Assembly (NCBI GenBank): GCA_050084515.1
Contig: CM114271.1
Location: 20,398,001-20,462,000 of the forward strand
Length of the DNA: 64,000 nucleotides
Direction: 5' to 3'
Source of the DNA: Blasia pusilla
Lineage: Eukaryota
Shown here in pieces: positions 11,701 through 24,549 of the stretch; position 1 is the first letter of the stretch; every line of letters starts with the position of its first letter. Under the pieces are notes generated by a model, which saw only the letters and a program-made list of their open reading frames with translations, was not told the DNA's origin and made no database searches. The translations under genes and the position numbers were made by a program.

Positions 11701-14700
11701 TCTCACGTCTTTTAGGATAGATCAGTGAGATCTATGAGAGCACCTTTGTGAGTAGTGGAGGACACACTTAGTAGGTCAAGGATGACCTGTTGAGGCCTCG
11801 AGAAACTTGAGAGAGCAGGTTTCCCCTTCGTTTTAGCTCATTTGGAGCCATATTGAGGAACTTACTATTTTAGTGAAGAACCATTTTGAGTATATAATCG
11901 ACTTTATATTTTTGGTAAGTGGCCCTTGACCTCCTACATCAGGTCAAGAGCCAAGGAGGTGACTTGGGAGAATAGGTTACCATGGAGAGAGCTTGGGAGA
12001 AGGGGGGTATACCTCAAGGAGAAAGAGCTTGAGAGCTCATTCTCTCTTTGTTGAACCTCTTGGCATGAGGTGGCGAAGCTATGGTCCCTTGCCTTGTGAG
12101 TGTTACCCAAGCCTCTCATTAGGAGAGTGGGTTTGATTTGACATGAGAAAGAGTGCACACATTTGAGAGCTATGGTGTGAGATGGTGTAGAGAGAGATTG
12201 GATCTTACTTTACAAAGAAAGAATGAGAGAGTGAGAGAGCTTCATGGGAGAGCTTGCTAGTCACTCGCTGGTTTTGCAGGTTGGGTTGGTGTTCCCCATT
12301 CAGCAGCTCATGGGAGTGCTCACCGGAGCAAGGGTTGCTTTGATTGTTCTTTGCATTTGCTGATTTTTCGTGTGGAAGAGTGGCGCGCGGAAGAGCTGCC
12401 CAATTTCTGATAGGGATTGATTATGGGGGCAAGTTGCCCCATTTTGGTCCTCTCAAGAGCAACATTTAGCTTGTTGATTTGTATTTTTATAGGTTTTACA
12501 TTTTGGTTGGGAGAAATCAGCGCGGAAGCGCTGCCAAATTTTGTGTAGGAGAAAGAGACATTGGGCTTTACGACAATCCCTGTCTGTTTCTACTGGAATG
12601 TCCAATTCCAAATATTTTCTGACACTATTGTAGATCATAAAGCTCTGCACGTTGTGCAACAAACGGTATGCAATTTGGAGTTGCGAGTAAAAAGTTATGG
12701 TCAATCTTGAAAATTTGCCATTGCTAGGCAATTTTTAGGGTTAAATTATTCAAACCCTAAACCAGCCGCCACGCCGGCGGCGGCCGTCACCGTCATAGTC
12801 ACCATCACCAATCAACGGTCAATCATCACCGTCAATCGTCAACCGTCATTATCAACGGTCCGTCGTCACCATCAACGGTCAACCCTCACCGTCAACGTAC
12901 CACCGTTGGCCGTTGCCGTTGCCCAGCCTTGCTTAGAGCTGCATTCGGCCATTGTCCACCCTTTGGTTACCTTTGCCGCCATTACGAAGTGGAGGGTCTT
13001 CCACGACCAGCGTTGATTCTCTGACTTGCGCCGCCACCACATACTTTGGTTTGGCCGTCACCGTCATCGCCGTTTCGTCATCAACCATTGATGGTAGATG
13101 AACTCTGGTTATGGTGTTTGAGTTTTGATTTCATGCTGCTATGTTGTGATTGGTAGCCACTCGATGACGATCGAGTACCGTGCCGTGACACACATAGCCG
13201 CAACGCGCCGCTGATTGCCGCGTTGTGCCGCTCGTGGCCGCACTGCACCGTCTCGATCGCGGACCCGCACCGTCATTGTGGACCAGAGTGTGGGTTTATT
13301 GTTGATTGAGGAGGGTATGCCGCCGAGTGCTGTATCCCACCATCGAGGGCCGTGCCGTTCCATGCCGCCTGCAACGCCGCACCGTTCCATTGGAACCGCA
13401 CTGTCCATCAAAGAGTTTTAAGCAGCATCAATACATGAGGAGTATGACTTGCTGATTGGAGGAGTTGTCTCCACAACTAAGTTGGGGTCGACATTTGCAG
13501 TTGCTGAGGAGCAACATCGACATGTGTTTCAGGTTACCTATTCTGGTCCTTTATCTTGCACGTGTGAGGGATTCTGGGATTTGGGTAGTTTATTTGGGGA
13601 TTGGGGTGTGGATGCTGAGAGCATCATTTATGTATGTGGTTTAGGGGACATAGACCTGTGTGGGATGTCCAAAGTTGAGGGTAGGTTGTCGATGAGATGA
13701 TAGCCTCGTCGATTTTCCGCACCACGCCACTTGTTGTCGCACGTTACATTTCTCGGGAGGAAGAGTGTAGATCAATTGCTGCATGTTTGGGATGAGTGAT
13801 TGAGGGATTACTCGCGAGGTTGAGAGTCATCGTGTGAGAGGGGCACGAGGGCCATCACCACGTCCTTTCAGGATTTTGAGAGGCGAGTTAGTGGACGTGA
13901 GAGTAGCTCTAGAGGGTTTACCCGGAGTGGTGGGAGGTTTCAAGGGTCTCCACGTGACACACCGCCTCGATCTCCTTCTCTGTCGTCTTCAGACGAGCGG
14001 GAGCGTGTAGAGGAGTTTGTGAGCACATCGCCACACATTATGAGTGGTCCTACCAGTTGGGTGTACGAGATGGACGATCGGGATAGAGGACCGCGTAGGT
14101 TTTCAGGTGCAGTAGGCACGGTTGAGTTGCACGATTTCATAGCAGAGTTTGGGAGTTGGTCCCCGACTCCTAGCGGGCCAGGAACTCTAGAGAGTTCAAC
14201 CAGTTTACAGCATGGAACGATATGTTCCAGCATTTAGAGGGGGCGCCCATGGACAATTACCATGAGTTCTCTCAGAGATATGCACATGAGATTGAGACGT
14301 GGAGGCTCTACTATGACCCACATTATGTGTCATGGACGGAGCCATTCCCAGATGAGGAGGAGGAGTCAGGAGAGGCTACTTCCTCTTCCACTAGTGACGT
14401 TTTAGGAGGGGTCACTTGCACGGGAGCAGTTGCACCGTCTAGTCGGGTTTGTCCCAGGTTCAACCCTGTGGTTGAGTTCTTTGCTAAGTTGAGGGCGAGC
14501 TACTAGGGGGTACGGACGGAGAAGTTGTGGAGCATCCACGACTTCCAGAGGCGCCCCGGGTGAGAGTTTGCGTGAGGCTTACACTCGCTTGCGCCGGTTG
14601 ATCAACGTCACTCATGGGGTGACAGAGGCTCAGGCTAACCAGTCATGGTATGCGATGCTAGACCGGACCCTACGGACACGGGTGCATGAGGGGGTGCTTC

Positions 14701-15095
14701 TTATGAACACCTCTCCTACGTTGAGAGATGTTTATAGGACCGCTGAGAACAATGAGCGCAACATGGCGGAGGAGAGCGTAGCCACCATGGGTTCTAGGCG
14801 AGAGCAGTTACGATTGTCTGCACTACTTGTGCAGCAACATGGACTCCGAGATAGATTGACTGTGGCACCACGAGCTCAAGGAGGATATCGGGAGGCCGTG
14901 CCATAGAGACCTACGCCTTCATATGCGGCTCAGCAGCAACCACCTACTATTACTTGTTGGTCATGTGGTGGAGCCCATCATCAACGCGATTGCACTTGTC
15001 AAGGTCATGGACGTGTGCCTCAGTATGGAGGAGGAGATGGTGTTGCACCAGGAGGTTATCACTGTGACTATTGTTAGAGGTATGGTCATACACGC
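11701..15095 (+). mobile_element. Element D: 3'-truncated subfamily-2 copy nested in element A (5' X repeat, leader, gag)
   Basis: 11701-12220 is the reverse complement of X at 29885-30398. Leader is homologous to 26100-27840. Gag 14020-15095 with CWSCGGAHHQRDC and CDYC..GH knuckles. Ends at a deletion junction into element A gag. Confidence 0.85.
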
Positions 15096-16362
15096 GCGCT
15101 CGAACAACCCCTTCCAGGCCATGAAAGGGTTGAACTGTGTCGGGGTCCGTATCTCTTGGAAGTCGCACCACGTGTCAAACTCCAAGATAAAATCATCTTT
15201 GTCGATGGTGCCCACTGCACCCGAGAAACGACGCATGCCGGATGGCCCATGTTTTCCATCTCCTGCCAAGTGATACTGCCTCTGTCTGCGATCTCGTCAC
15301 CAGACTCGGTGTATAGTGATGACAATATAGCCACGGATGGATGTCGAGGTAGCTCCTCACTCGTAACCCCTTGGTATCTCACTCCACTCTGTGTCACACC
15401 ACTACTACTGCTTGCACTACCCCGTTCTTCCGAACCTTGGAAGAACGCCGTGATGACAACCGTATCTTACGTGCTCAAGCATTGAGACTCACCGAGACTC
15501 TCCCACCCTCCTCACTAGCTCACCGATGCTAATGATAATCCTGTGATGACACACCCAACCTCACGCACATTCAACACTCAGGCTCACCATGAGCCTCTCG
15601 ACTATCTCACCTAAATCACCAACATACGCTCAGGTCATACACTTGACCCCTACTTAGCAATCGCCGTATACCCGCAAACGTGCCAAGGAGTCTACCCTTG
15701 GCACGATAACTACACCCATCTAGCACCAGCTACTACCCGACCCATCATACTCAACGACACAAGATAAGTGCGGGAACCTCATCATGCCCTCCAACCTACT
15801 GCATCGTCAACACCCACTCCATACGTGTGGCATGACAACCTCCGTAGCACAACCATCTCCTCGCACACACGTAAAACCTCTCGTCAGCATCGGCATGTGT
15901 GTCCCCATCACAACCCTCACAAATCCCAGCCATGCCCGAAAAACATTACGTCGTGCAAACCTCTCCGCCCATCCCCAAACGCACTCCATAACCTTACTCA
16001 ACTCCGTCTGAACTCAACCATGTCAGCCCGTCTACCACGTTTCCCGCACCGCTACCACGTCACCCGCACTACTACCACGTCTCCTTCACATCTACCACGT
16101 ACGCCCTACCCTGCTACCAAGTTGGATGGGAGGCGCCGAACACGGAGCTCCCGAAGTTGGCGCCAACCACGTCTGAAAAAATTGGGGGGCAGGGGGGGGG
16201 GGCGTTAGGCCCTTGGCCAACATCCCTATGCACATGTGTAGGGAAGGGGGTTGTGGGCTTGACACCTGCCTGTCACATGCACGAGGGCGGGGGCGCGAGG
16301 CAACTCGCTTGCCTATCTGCAAACAACGAATTCCCACTAGCCCCCTCACATCTTTCTCGTGT

Positions 16363-16842
16363 AAAAATAGAGAGTAGTAAAAACGGCACACCCGGCCTAA
16401 AACTCCACTCCTCAATCTACATCGGCATATTGAGCCTCGTCCATCCTGCGCTATCAAGGAATCTGGACGCTAGCACCCTAGTCCTATCTCACACACATAC
16501 AAGAGAGGTGCTCCAACGGCCCAACATGAGAAAGATGGCTTGGGAAAGCCATCTTCCTCCCTTATATTGGGTTGGGAAGAGCCAAAAGGCTCTTCCCCTA
16601 AAAATAGCTATCCTCTTGGTAACCTGCGCGGGCATGTTACCAGGGACGGGTGACGTGGTCAACAAGTCACCCGGCTGTGAAAGACCTCAACTGGAAAATT
16701 TCCAGAAACAACGTTCCTGACACAATAGACCTATCCTCAACCTCATCCGATACCGTGGGACAAAGTAACACTCAAGATAGTCCGCTGGTTCCTACGCCCT
16801 ATCCACGATAGATCTCGGCCTATCGGCTACTCAGATGTGACA
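16363..16842. repeat. 5' terminal repeat X of element A
   Basis: Direct repeat of 7222-7688, ends GATGTGACA, with no Y segment attached. Confidence 0.9.
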
Positions 16843-16846
16843 TATT

Positions 16847-17060
16847 GGGTAGTTTATTGGAGGAGTTTGATAGCTAGTGTAATTCAGAATACTTGATGAA
16901 TGAAGAGATATTTCTTCCCTTTATGGCATGGTAGGGAATATTCTAGCATCTATTTTGCCTCCAATAGATGATTATATATTATGAATTTTGGAATCTCCAT
17001 GAGGGAAAGATTGAGGTGTGGAGACTATTTTGATGTCCATGATATGTGGTGCTCGATAGA
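16847..17060 (+). pseudogene. Very old gag remnant of a related element (the target site of element A)
   Basis: Reads approximately EEFDS*C...PFMAW*GIF*HL..PPIDDY, matching the family gag EFDTWCD...PFMAWKGLFHHLEGPPMDDY at 56850-56965. Confidence 0.6.
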
Positions 17061-19416
17061 GGTTTGATATAGAATATTATATTATTTCTAATCTAGTGGA
17101 GAGAATCAATAAGGCATTCATATCTATAGGCCAAGAGTGACCTCATTGGGGAGGTGGCAACTTGAATAAGAAGATTTAATTTTTAAGAGCAATATGAGTT
17201 TATATTAGCTACAACCTAGTTACTATTCTACATGTGCATTTATTTAATTTTTGACTTATTTTCCTTTTTTACATACATATATGAAGATGACTTTTGACCT
17301 ATTGTATGAGGTTAGGGCTACCAAGTTAGTGACATATGTATAAAAATTACCCATGAACGGTTGGATCAACTATGTTTACCCAACATAATATCATAAATAA
17401 AGAAACCAACACCTACTATTTTTCATTACAAGTTTTTTCAAGAGAGTTTTGCAATACTTCTCTAAAGATAAGAAAATGCTATACACTACACTTAAATGTT
17501 GGATTGATGTTGTTGAAAAATAGATAGAAATGGCTTCCTTCAAAGGAGAGCTCCAAAATTTTGGTGCATATCGATGCATAATGAGAGTTTTCCTGAAATT
17601 GAAAGTGATTGGTCTATTTACTCTCTTGAATGGAGACTGAGTCAACTTATCACTTTCTAGATCTCAGAGAAGAAATTGATCGTTCAATCCCTTATTTTCA
17701 ATAGGGAAGTGGGTCGACCAATCATTTTCCATATCTTGAAGAAGAAAAATGTAGGGCTAACTCACTCAATTTTTTCATTGAAAAGAAAACTTCAATCATT
17801 TTCTAATGCTTTTTGACAAAGACATTTTTTCTTAGTTAATAATGAATCTAGATTAAAATCCTACATACTCAAAAATACTTTAGAGCTAAATAGAAAATTT
17901 GATTTATTCAAAGAAATTATATATGTTCCCACTTAAAACTATATGATTTTTTCAAAACTTATTTCAATCCAAAGTTTTGGGGGAAAAGCACCTTTTCCTT
18001 TACTTATATAATGCTTCAACTAATAATTTTTCATGGTTAAAACTTTCCTTCAAATTAAAAGGGAAAGATGAAGTTAATTTTCTCTAGGTTCAACAATAAA
18101 AGTAACTGAATGATCAGTTTCCTTTCATATCTTACTAAGGGGAACTTAAAAGAGGAAGGGCTTTAACTTAAAGAAGGGGTTACTCTAATTTTAAAGGGCA
18201 AAAGCTTAACTTGAAGGAGGAGAATGGAGCTATTTAAATTAAGATCCCTCATTAACCTCTATAATAAACTCTCCACCGTCCTTAAGTTGAAAGGGAAAAA
18301 ATAATTCTCCCATTTGAATTTGATTTCATTTTTACTACTTAAAATTTCAATTTATTTTCATAATGATTTTTTCTAACTCAAATTATTTTGGAGGAGTTAG
18401 AAAAAGATTAGGAATATCTCCTTAAAGAATATGTATCAAAAAAAAATCATCTTCCTAGAAAATTAGAACTATTTAACTTTTATCTTCACTACAATATCGT
18501 GCGCATACACATCGCTACACAACATACATCGTTGTCAACGGACACAGACATAAACACGCACAATCCTATGTTAATTCATGGCATCCAAACAACAAGACAA
18601 GAAGTACCAAAATATCTCCAAAATATATACCCTAAGATTCAATCTCTCTCACAACACCATAGTTCTCACATATGTGCACTCACATGTCTCTCTCAATATC
18701 AAACCAAACCCACTCCCATAATGAAAGGCTTGGATTACACACACAAGGTAAGCAAGACCATATCTCCGCCGCCTCATGCCAAGAGGCTCAAGCTCTCTCT
18801 CCTTGATGTATACACCTTCCCTATCCCAAGCTCTCTCCATGGTAACTTATGCTCCCAAGTCAACTCCTTGGCTCTTGACCTGATGTAGGAGGCCAAGGGC
18901 CACTTACCAAAAATAGAAAGTAGATCATATATGGTACTCAAAATGGTACTTACCTAAAATAGTAAGTTCCTCAATATGGCTCCAAATGAGTCGAAACGAA
19001 GGGGAAACCTGCTCTCTCAAGTTTCTCGGGGCCTCAGCAAGTCATCCTCAACCTATTGAGCCTATCCTCCACTACTCATGAAGGTGCTCTACTAGATCTC
19101 ACCGATCTATGCTAAAAGACATGATAGATGTCGTGCGCATATATATCCCTGTCACCGAACATACAAAAACACGCATAATCCCATGCTAACTCATGGCATC
19201 CAAACAACAAGACAAGAATTACCAAAATATCTCCAATGGCCCCCTAGCTAGTGATTAGGTCTCTCTAACTCCAGATAGCCATCTATCCCTACCTACCATG
19301 ACGTACATCTCTCGGACGCTAAGAGCGAGAAGGCCGGATGGTCATATGACCCCATCGTTAGTCGTTTTCTTGTCATCCATATCACATATATAAGTCGGAA
19401 TATAGAACCACCTACT

Positions 19417-20700
19417 CTATGTACATCTGGGACACATCCATCGTCCCTGAGGAACCCTAGTGAGAGGTGACATCAAACATGCCATATGCCATCCTCTCGA
19501 ACACCCATCACATACTAGCATAGTGGCTGCACCACGGGCCGAACCACACAACATACACCACAAGCTTGCAGGAACTATTGCTAAGCTTGGATCAATTGTA
19601 CCGTCAATGTTCGGAAGATGATATGGCGCACAGTTACGCACATGGTCCTTCCAAACCATACCATCGCGTCCCTCCAATAAGAGAACACCAGATGGCAAAA
19701 CCTCACGCACTCTCAAGATGGTGCGCCCTGCAGTCACATCCAACGTCGTGGGTGCCGTCTGCAAAAAGTAGACATAGTCTTCTTGATGAAACCTCTGAAT
19801 AGTAGGTCAATAACCACCTTCCCAAATAGTCGCATACCTCAACGTATCCCGATGTTGCGCAATTGCCAAGTTCTCAAACGCCATGGGCATCACTCTCCAA
19901 AACAACTCAGCTCTCTGAGAACATGCTCGCATCCATATATCAGGGTCATCAAGGTTCAACACCTCACCAATATCTCGACGAATGGCCGTAGGTAAATCTG
20001 GCTCTTGGCCATAAAGCAACAAGTACGGTGAGAAAGACGCTAAAGATACCTGCCTGCTGAATGTGTATCCCCTTGCCAACCACGGCAACTGGAGGTCCTA
20101 ATCTCCTAGGTGACCTCTCTGCAAGCCATACCTGCATAGTCCTCTCTTCACCGTCTGCACAATCCACTCCGCTAGTCCATCCGCCTCAGGATGATCTTGC
20201 GAAGCAATGCGGTGGTCGATCAGTGCCTGATCACACAAGGCCTGAAACTCCCCGTGGAACTTTGTACCCTGGTCAATCAACACCTCAGCTGGTGCACCAT
20301 AATGACTCTGCACTTGATCTAGGAAGGCATACGCTACTCCCTTACTCACTTTGTCAAGCAATGCAACCAACTCTATCCACTTCGAGAAGTGCTCGACCAT
20401 CACTAACACATAACGACTATGGCAAACCGTCAAAGGCAAAGGTCCTCCAAAATCCAAACTCCATCTATAAACCTAAACCCATGATCAAAAGTGGATGCAA
20501 CTGTGGAGTCGAAGCATTGAACGATGCTTGGACTCGATCACACATCATGCATCTGGCAAGAAACTGTTGAACTTCAATCCGCATGCCTCGCCACCAATAC
20601 TGAATCTGGAGCAAGTTGTACGTCCGCCTCACTCCAAAATGACCCAACTCCTTGTGGGCATGACGCACCAAATGTGCTCTCTACAAAGGATGAGGCACTA
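19417..20700 (-). pseudogene. DDE integrase with C-terminal PHD finger (element B), disrupted
   Basis: HHCC HAHKELGHFG...CMMCDR; core DFGGPLP...LIDQG...DGLAE; PHD CMLCGS..MLVCDGCSRGWHMACLMSPLTRVPQGRWMCPRC then a stop. Confidence 0.9.
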
Positions 20701-21049
20701 CACACACTCTACCATCCTCCCATACTCGCAACACATGTGTGCCCTTCCACCGGAATTGTGAGGCTCACTGTAGGATCCGATCCCGCTCTCTAGCACCCAC
20801 TGTGCTTGCGACACTGCCAGTACGGAGGTACTCCAAGACCAGTCCATCGTCATGAATGTCTTGGCCACTTGTCGTCTCCTAATCGACCTCTGGATCTAAG
20901 GACTCTCCATCAAACCTTACCATCAAAGTCTCACCAATCTGGCTCTCCATAGCCAACAAGCCCAAATAGGCTGACGCATGCCATCCTGGCACCAACTCCT
21001 CATCATTCTCACCATGCCAATGAGCTCCAGTTGCATCTCGCTGACTTGG

Positions 21050-22350
21050 GCATGGGTTATGGCTCAAACCATTTGCATCCTGGTTGAGCATCCCACGTCT
21101 ATGCACCACCTGGAAGTCATACTCTTGCAACAAAAGAGCCCACCTCGCAAGCTTCCCTGTAAGCTTTCTAGACTTCCCTTAAAGTGGCTGATGATCAATA
21201 ATGATGGTAAAGGGATTGTCGAGTAGATAACATCTAAAATGTGCAGCCCACACTGCAACCAAGCACTCACCCTCATACGAGATAAACTTTGCCTCAGCAA
21301 TATTGTTCGAGCGACTAGGGTAAGCCACCACAAACTCTTTACCATCATCGTCATGTTGGGTGAGCACGGCTCCAAGCCCCAACATGCTCCAATCGGCATG
21401 CAATTGGAAAGGACGCCCCCTTATCGGTCTCCTCAATATTGGTGCGGACGTCAATCTATCCTTGAGCATCTGAAATGATCTCTCTTGCTCATCCCCCCAG
21501 TGCCACTCCTGATCCACCTTGGTCATCAAGGTTAGCGGCTTCGCAATTGAACTGAAAACCTTGACGTACCGTCGATAGAAGTTTGCCAATCCCATGAATG
21601 CACAAACTCGACTCACATCTGTAGGGCGTGGAATGCGTGAAATAGCCTCTACCTTTTTTTGTTGCACACCAAGGCCCCCTTGGTATATTTTATGACCCAG
21701 GTACTCAATCTAGTCGTAGAAGAACTTGGACTTGCCTGGATGTAGCTTCAGCCCATGTAACTGCAATCGTCGGAACACCTTCTCTAGATGTCCTTCATAC
21801 TCCTCAACCGTGGCGCTAAAGACTACGATGTCATCAATATAACACCTAGCAAAATCCAGACCTACCAAGATCCTATGCATGACCCTCTGAAACTCAGCCG
21901 GGGTGTTCTTTAACCCGAATGGTAAGAACCGCCACTGGTACAAACAATCCTTCCCGTGAGCATCGATGCCCCAAAATGTCGTCTTCTGCCTGTCCTCCAA
22001 TCTGATAGGTAGCTGATGGTATGCGGCTCGCAAATCCAATGAACTGAAGACCTTTGCATCCCCAATCCCATCAAAGATCTCCTCAAGGATGGGCATGGCA
22101 TACCTATCGAACTTTGTCTGCCGATTGATAGGTCGGTAATCTCCACACATTCGCCTATCTGTCTAGTTGCCATGCACATCCTTCTTGGCAGGCATGACAG
22201 TGGCAGATGCATACTCTCCATACAACATCTCCACTAGTCTTGCTCCAACCAAGTCCTGGCTCCTACTCTTAATCAGAGCCCTCTCCATGTCACTGTACCT
22301 GTAGGGTCGTCAAAGATTGGCGTGTCACTCGACAACTCAATGCGGATCCC
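21050..22350 (-). pseudogene. Reverse transcriptase-RNase H (element B), disrupted
   Basis: MCGDYRPIN...FSSLDLRAAYHQLPI...LPFGLKNTPAEFQRVM...YIDDIVVFS; RNase H LHADWS...VVAY...ECL. Confidence 0.95.
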
Positions 22351-22769
22351 TAGACCCTTCAGCGTATCCAAATCATGCATACTAAATGCAAAACAGCTCC
22401 TATAACTTCTAAGGAATTGGTGTATCCGACGCCGCTCTCCTCTTGTCAACTTAGGGCCCATATCCGGCTCCCAAGTCTCCATCGTGATTACGATAGGACT
22501 CTCCGACGCGGATGTCGGTGGTTGCTATGGTGCAACCCGTCTCGGACAATAGAACTCTCATCTCCACATGTAGTACCCAAAACCATGCTTAATGATGTGG
22601 CTATCATCTCCTAGCATACGTGCAAAACATTCCAAGAAGTCCAAGGATGTCTCTCCCGATCATCCCTGGTGTGTCAATCTCCTCGCGTCTCGCCGCCAAC
22701 CACTGCCTCAACTGTCTCAGTAGGCATGGGGCTCACCAACGTAACTTTTGTGATTTATTGCATTCTCAA

Positions 22770-23380
22770 ACAATGTTGTTCAGCTACTCCTAAGCTGAAA
22801 ATCCATGTCACGCAGTTCAGGTCCACCGCCTGACCCAAGACATGACATCATGATGCCTCCGATAGTGACGGTACTACCGTTACTCTTGTGGGGAATCCCA
22901 TCGCTCGCTCTCGCTCATGGGCGTTGGGCTCCACCAACTTCTGTGCTTGATCATCCCAAACCAAGCCAGGTCCGGCCTCCTTGAATGCATAGGAAGCGGG
23001 AAAACTCACCAATGTGGGAAAGGTTGCTCGTGGCACGCCAATCCTGTTGACCACAGTCAACGGCGATCGATCATCGTGCCTCACTGCCTGTCATTGATGG
23101 CCTGGATCCAATATAGAATACACCAACAAATTTTAGGGACGCTCCACTCTCGCATAAGCCCTCCGTAATATCTCATGTGGTACCAAGTTGATCCACCAAA
23201 GATGCGAGTGGTGTGCTCTAGAACCTACACTTGCCGCATCTAACAACACTGTCGGGCCGATCCATGCGCACACCTGATGTGCACTCATCACTACGCGGGA
23301 CCTCAAATCATCCAAAATTGGCACATTCTCCAAAATGTATGCTCGAGAGCGAGGTTGATGCTCCTGATTGGAGTTCCTCT
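22770..23380 (-). pseudogene. DNMT3-like methyltransferase motifs VI-X in element B (motifs I-V deleted)
   Basis: YILENV (motif VI), PTVLLDAASVGSRAHHSHLWWINL (motif VIII; DNMT3 pattern P..IDA..VS.AHRARYFWGNL), ERERAMGFPTRVTVVPSLSEAS...VLGQAVDL (IX/X). Confidence 0.85.
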
Positions 23381-24549
23381 GACCCGTCACACTCAAGTGC
23401 AAACGTCTTGCTCCACGCGCTTTGTACATGCTGAGTGGCTAAGCGTCGAAGCTCCTCAGTCAAGCCCCAAAGTGCCACCTTTCCTCCACAAATTGATGCG
23501 GCTACCATAGCACTCCTCTGCATAGAAATGTCAGGAACGGAAGTATCTTCTACATGGACATATCCCTCAATCAAATCACTAGGCCAAGTGATTGCACTGC
23601 TAAATGCTGCTAAGGTCGCCATCTCTCTTGGCCATCGCTCGATCACTACACTTGTGAATCGAATGGGTAATGAGCTAAGGTGCCCATCACCTAACTGCCA
23701 TCCTGGTCTGTCGGATGCTGACTCCTCCAAGTAATCCAGGGAAAACCCCATCGGGTATAACACTACTCCATCAACCAAGACGTTGTAGGACTCTACATTA
23801 GTCACTATCGCCTTGGCTCGCACCACGGACTCATCTGTAGGATGTCTCGGGCAAATCCTCACCACAACCTCCTATTGGGTGATATATTGTGTGGTACTCA
23901 CTCCACCCAAGGATGTCTATATCCGGAATGGACAACGCTCCATATCGGCTCTTGTCAAGCCATCATGGGGTTGCGCTTTTGAATCCAACAAGATCCATTG
24001 CGGACTAAAAGCTCTACCTCCGGGACTCACCAACTAGAAGACATCTCCTCGATTATCCAACAACACAGCACTAGGAGAAGCCAGGGCACGCTCTATCGCG
24101 GGTCTAGCGGGCATCTCCGCCATCCTAGCAATTGTAACCTGCTATGAATCTGACGTGGACGGCGCGAGCATCCGCTCCAAGGGCCGGTCCATCACCTCCT
24201 CTGCAATCACCTCTGAATGTGATGCAAGAACTCCAACTCCATGCTTACATAGCGTAGCGGCCAGCCAGAAAGCCTCGGCGGGCATACCTCCCAACGTCAT
24301 AACATCGGAAGCAAAAAATAAAGGAGCGGGGTACACAACGGTGGCCGCCCCCAACAACGTGCTCGACACATGCCCCTCCTAAGCATCAGCAATAGCAGTT
24401 GTTGCACTCGCTTCTCCCATCGCCCTCCGTTCCTGCAAACCAACAACATCACCAACTCTCCAGGAACTCTGATGAGGACCTATCAATGGGGTCCTCATCA
24501 CCTCGGACAACGTGAAAGACTAAGGAATCCTAGTATGTTTCCATCCTCA

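Larger units (their letters stand above)
7088..16842 (-). mobile_element. Element A: DNMT/PHD-bearing gypsy-like retrotransposon, subfamily 1 (internally deleted, contains nested element D)
   Basis: Termini TGTC...GACA with 4-bp TSD TATT (7084-7087 and 16843-16846). Gag N-terminus 15100-15400, methyltransferase C-terminus 11330-11700, RT/RNase H 9640-10900, integrase 8230-9300, PHD ~7905-8050. Confidence 0.9.

Noticed and set aside
12765-12920. CRISPR-like array
   Set aside because: Short degenerate tandem units without unique spacers, in a eukaryotic TE leader.
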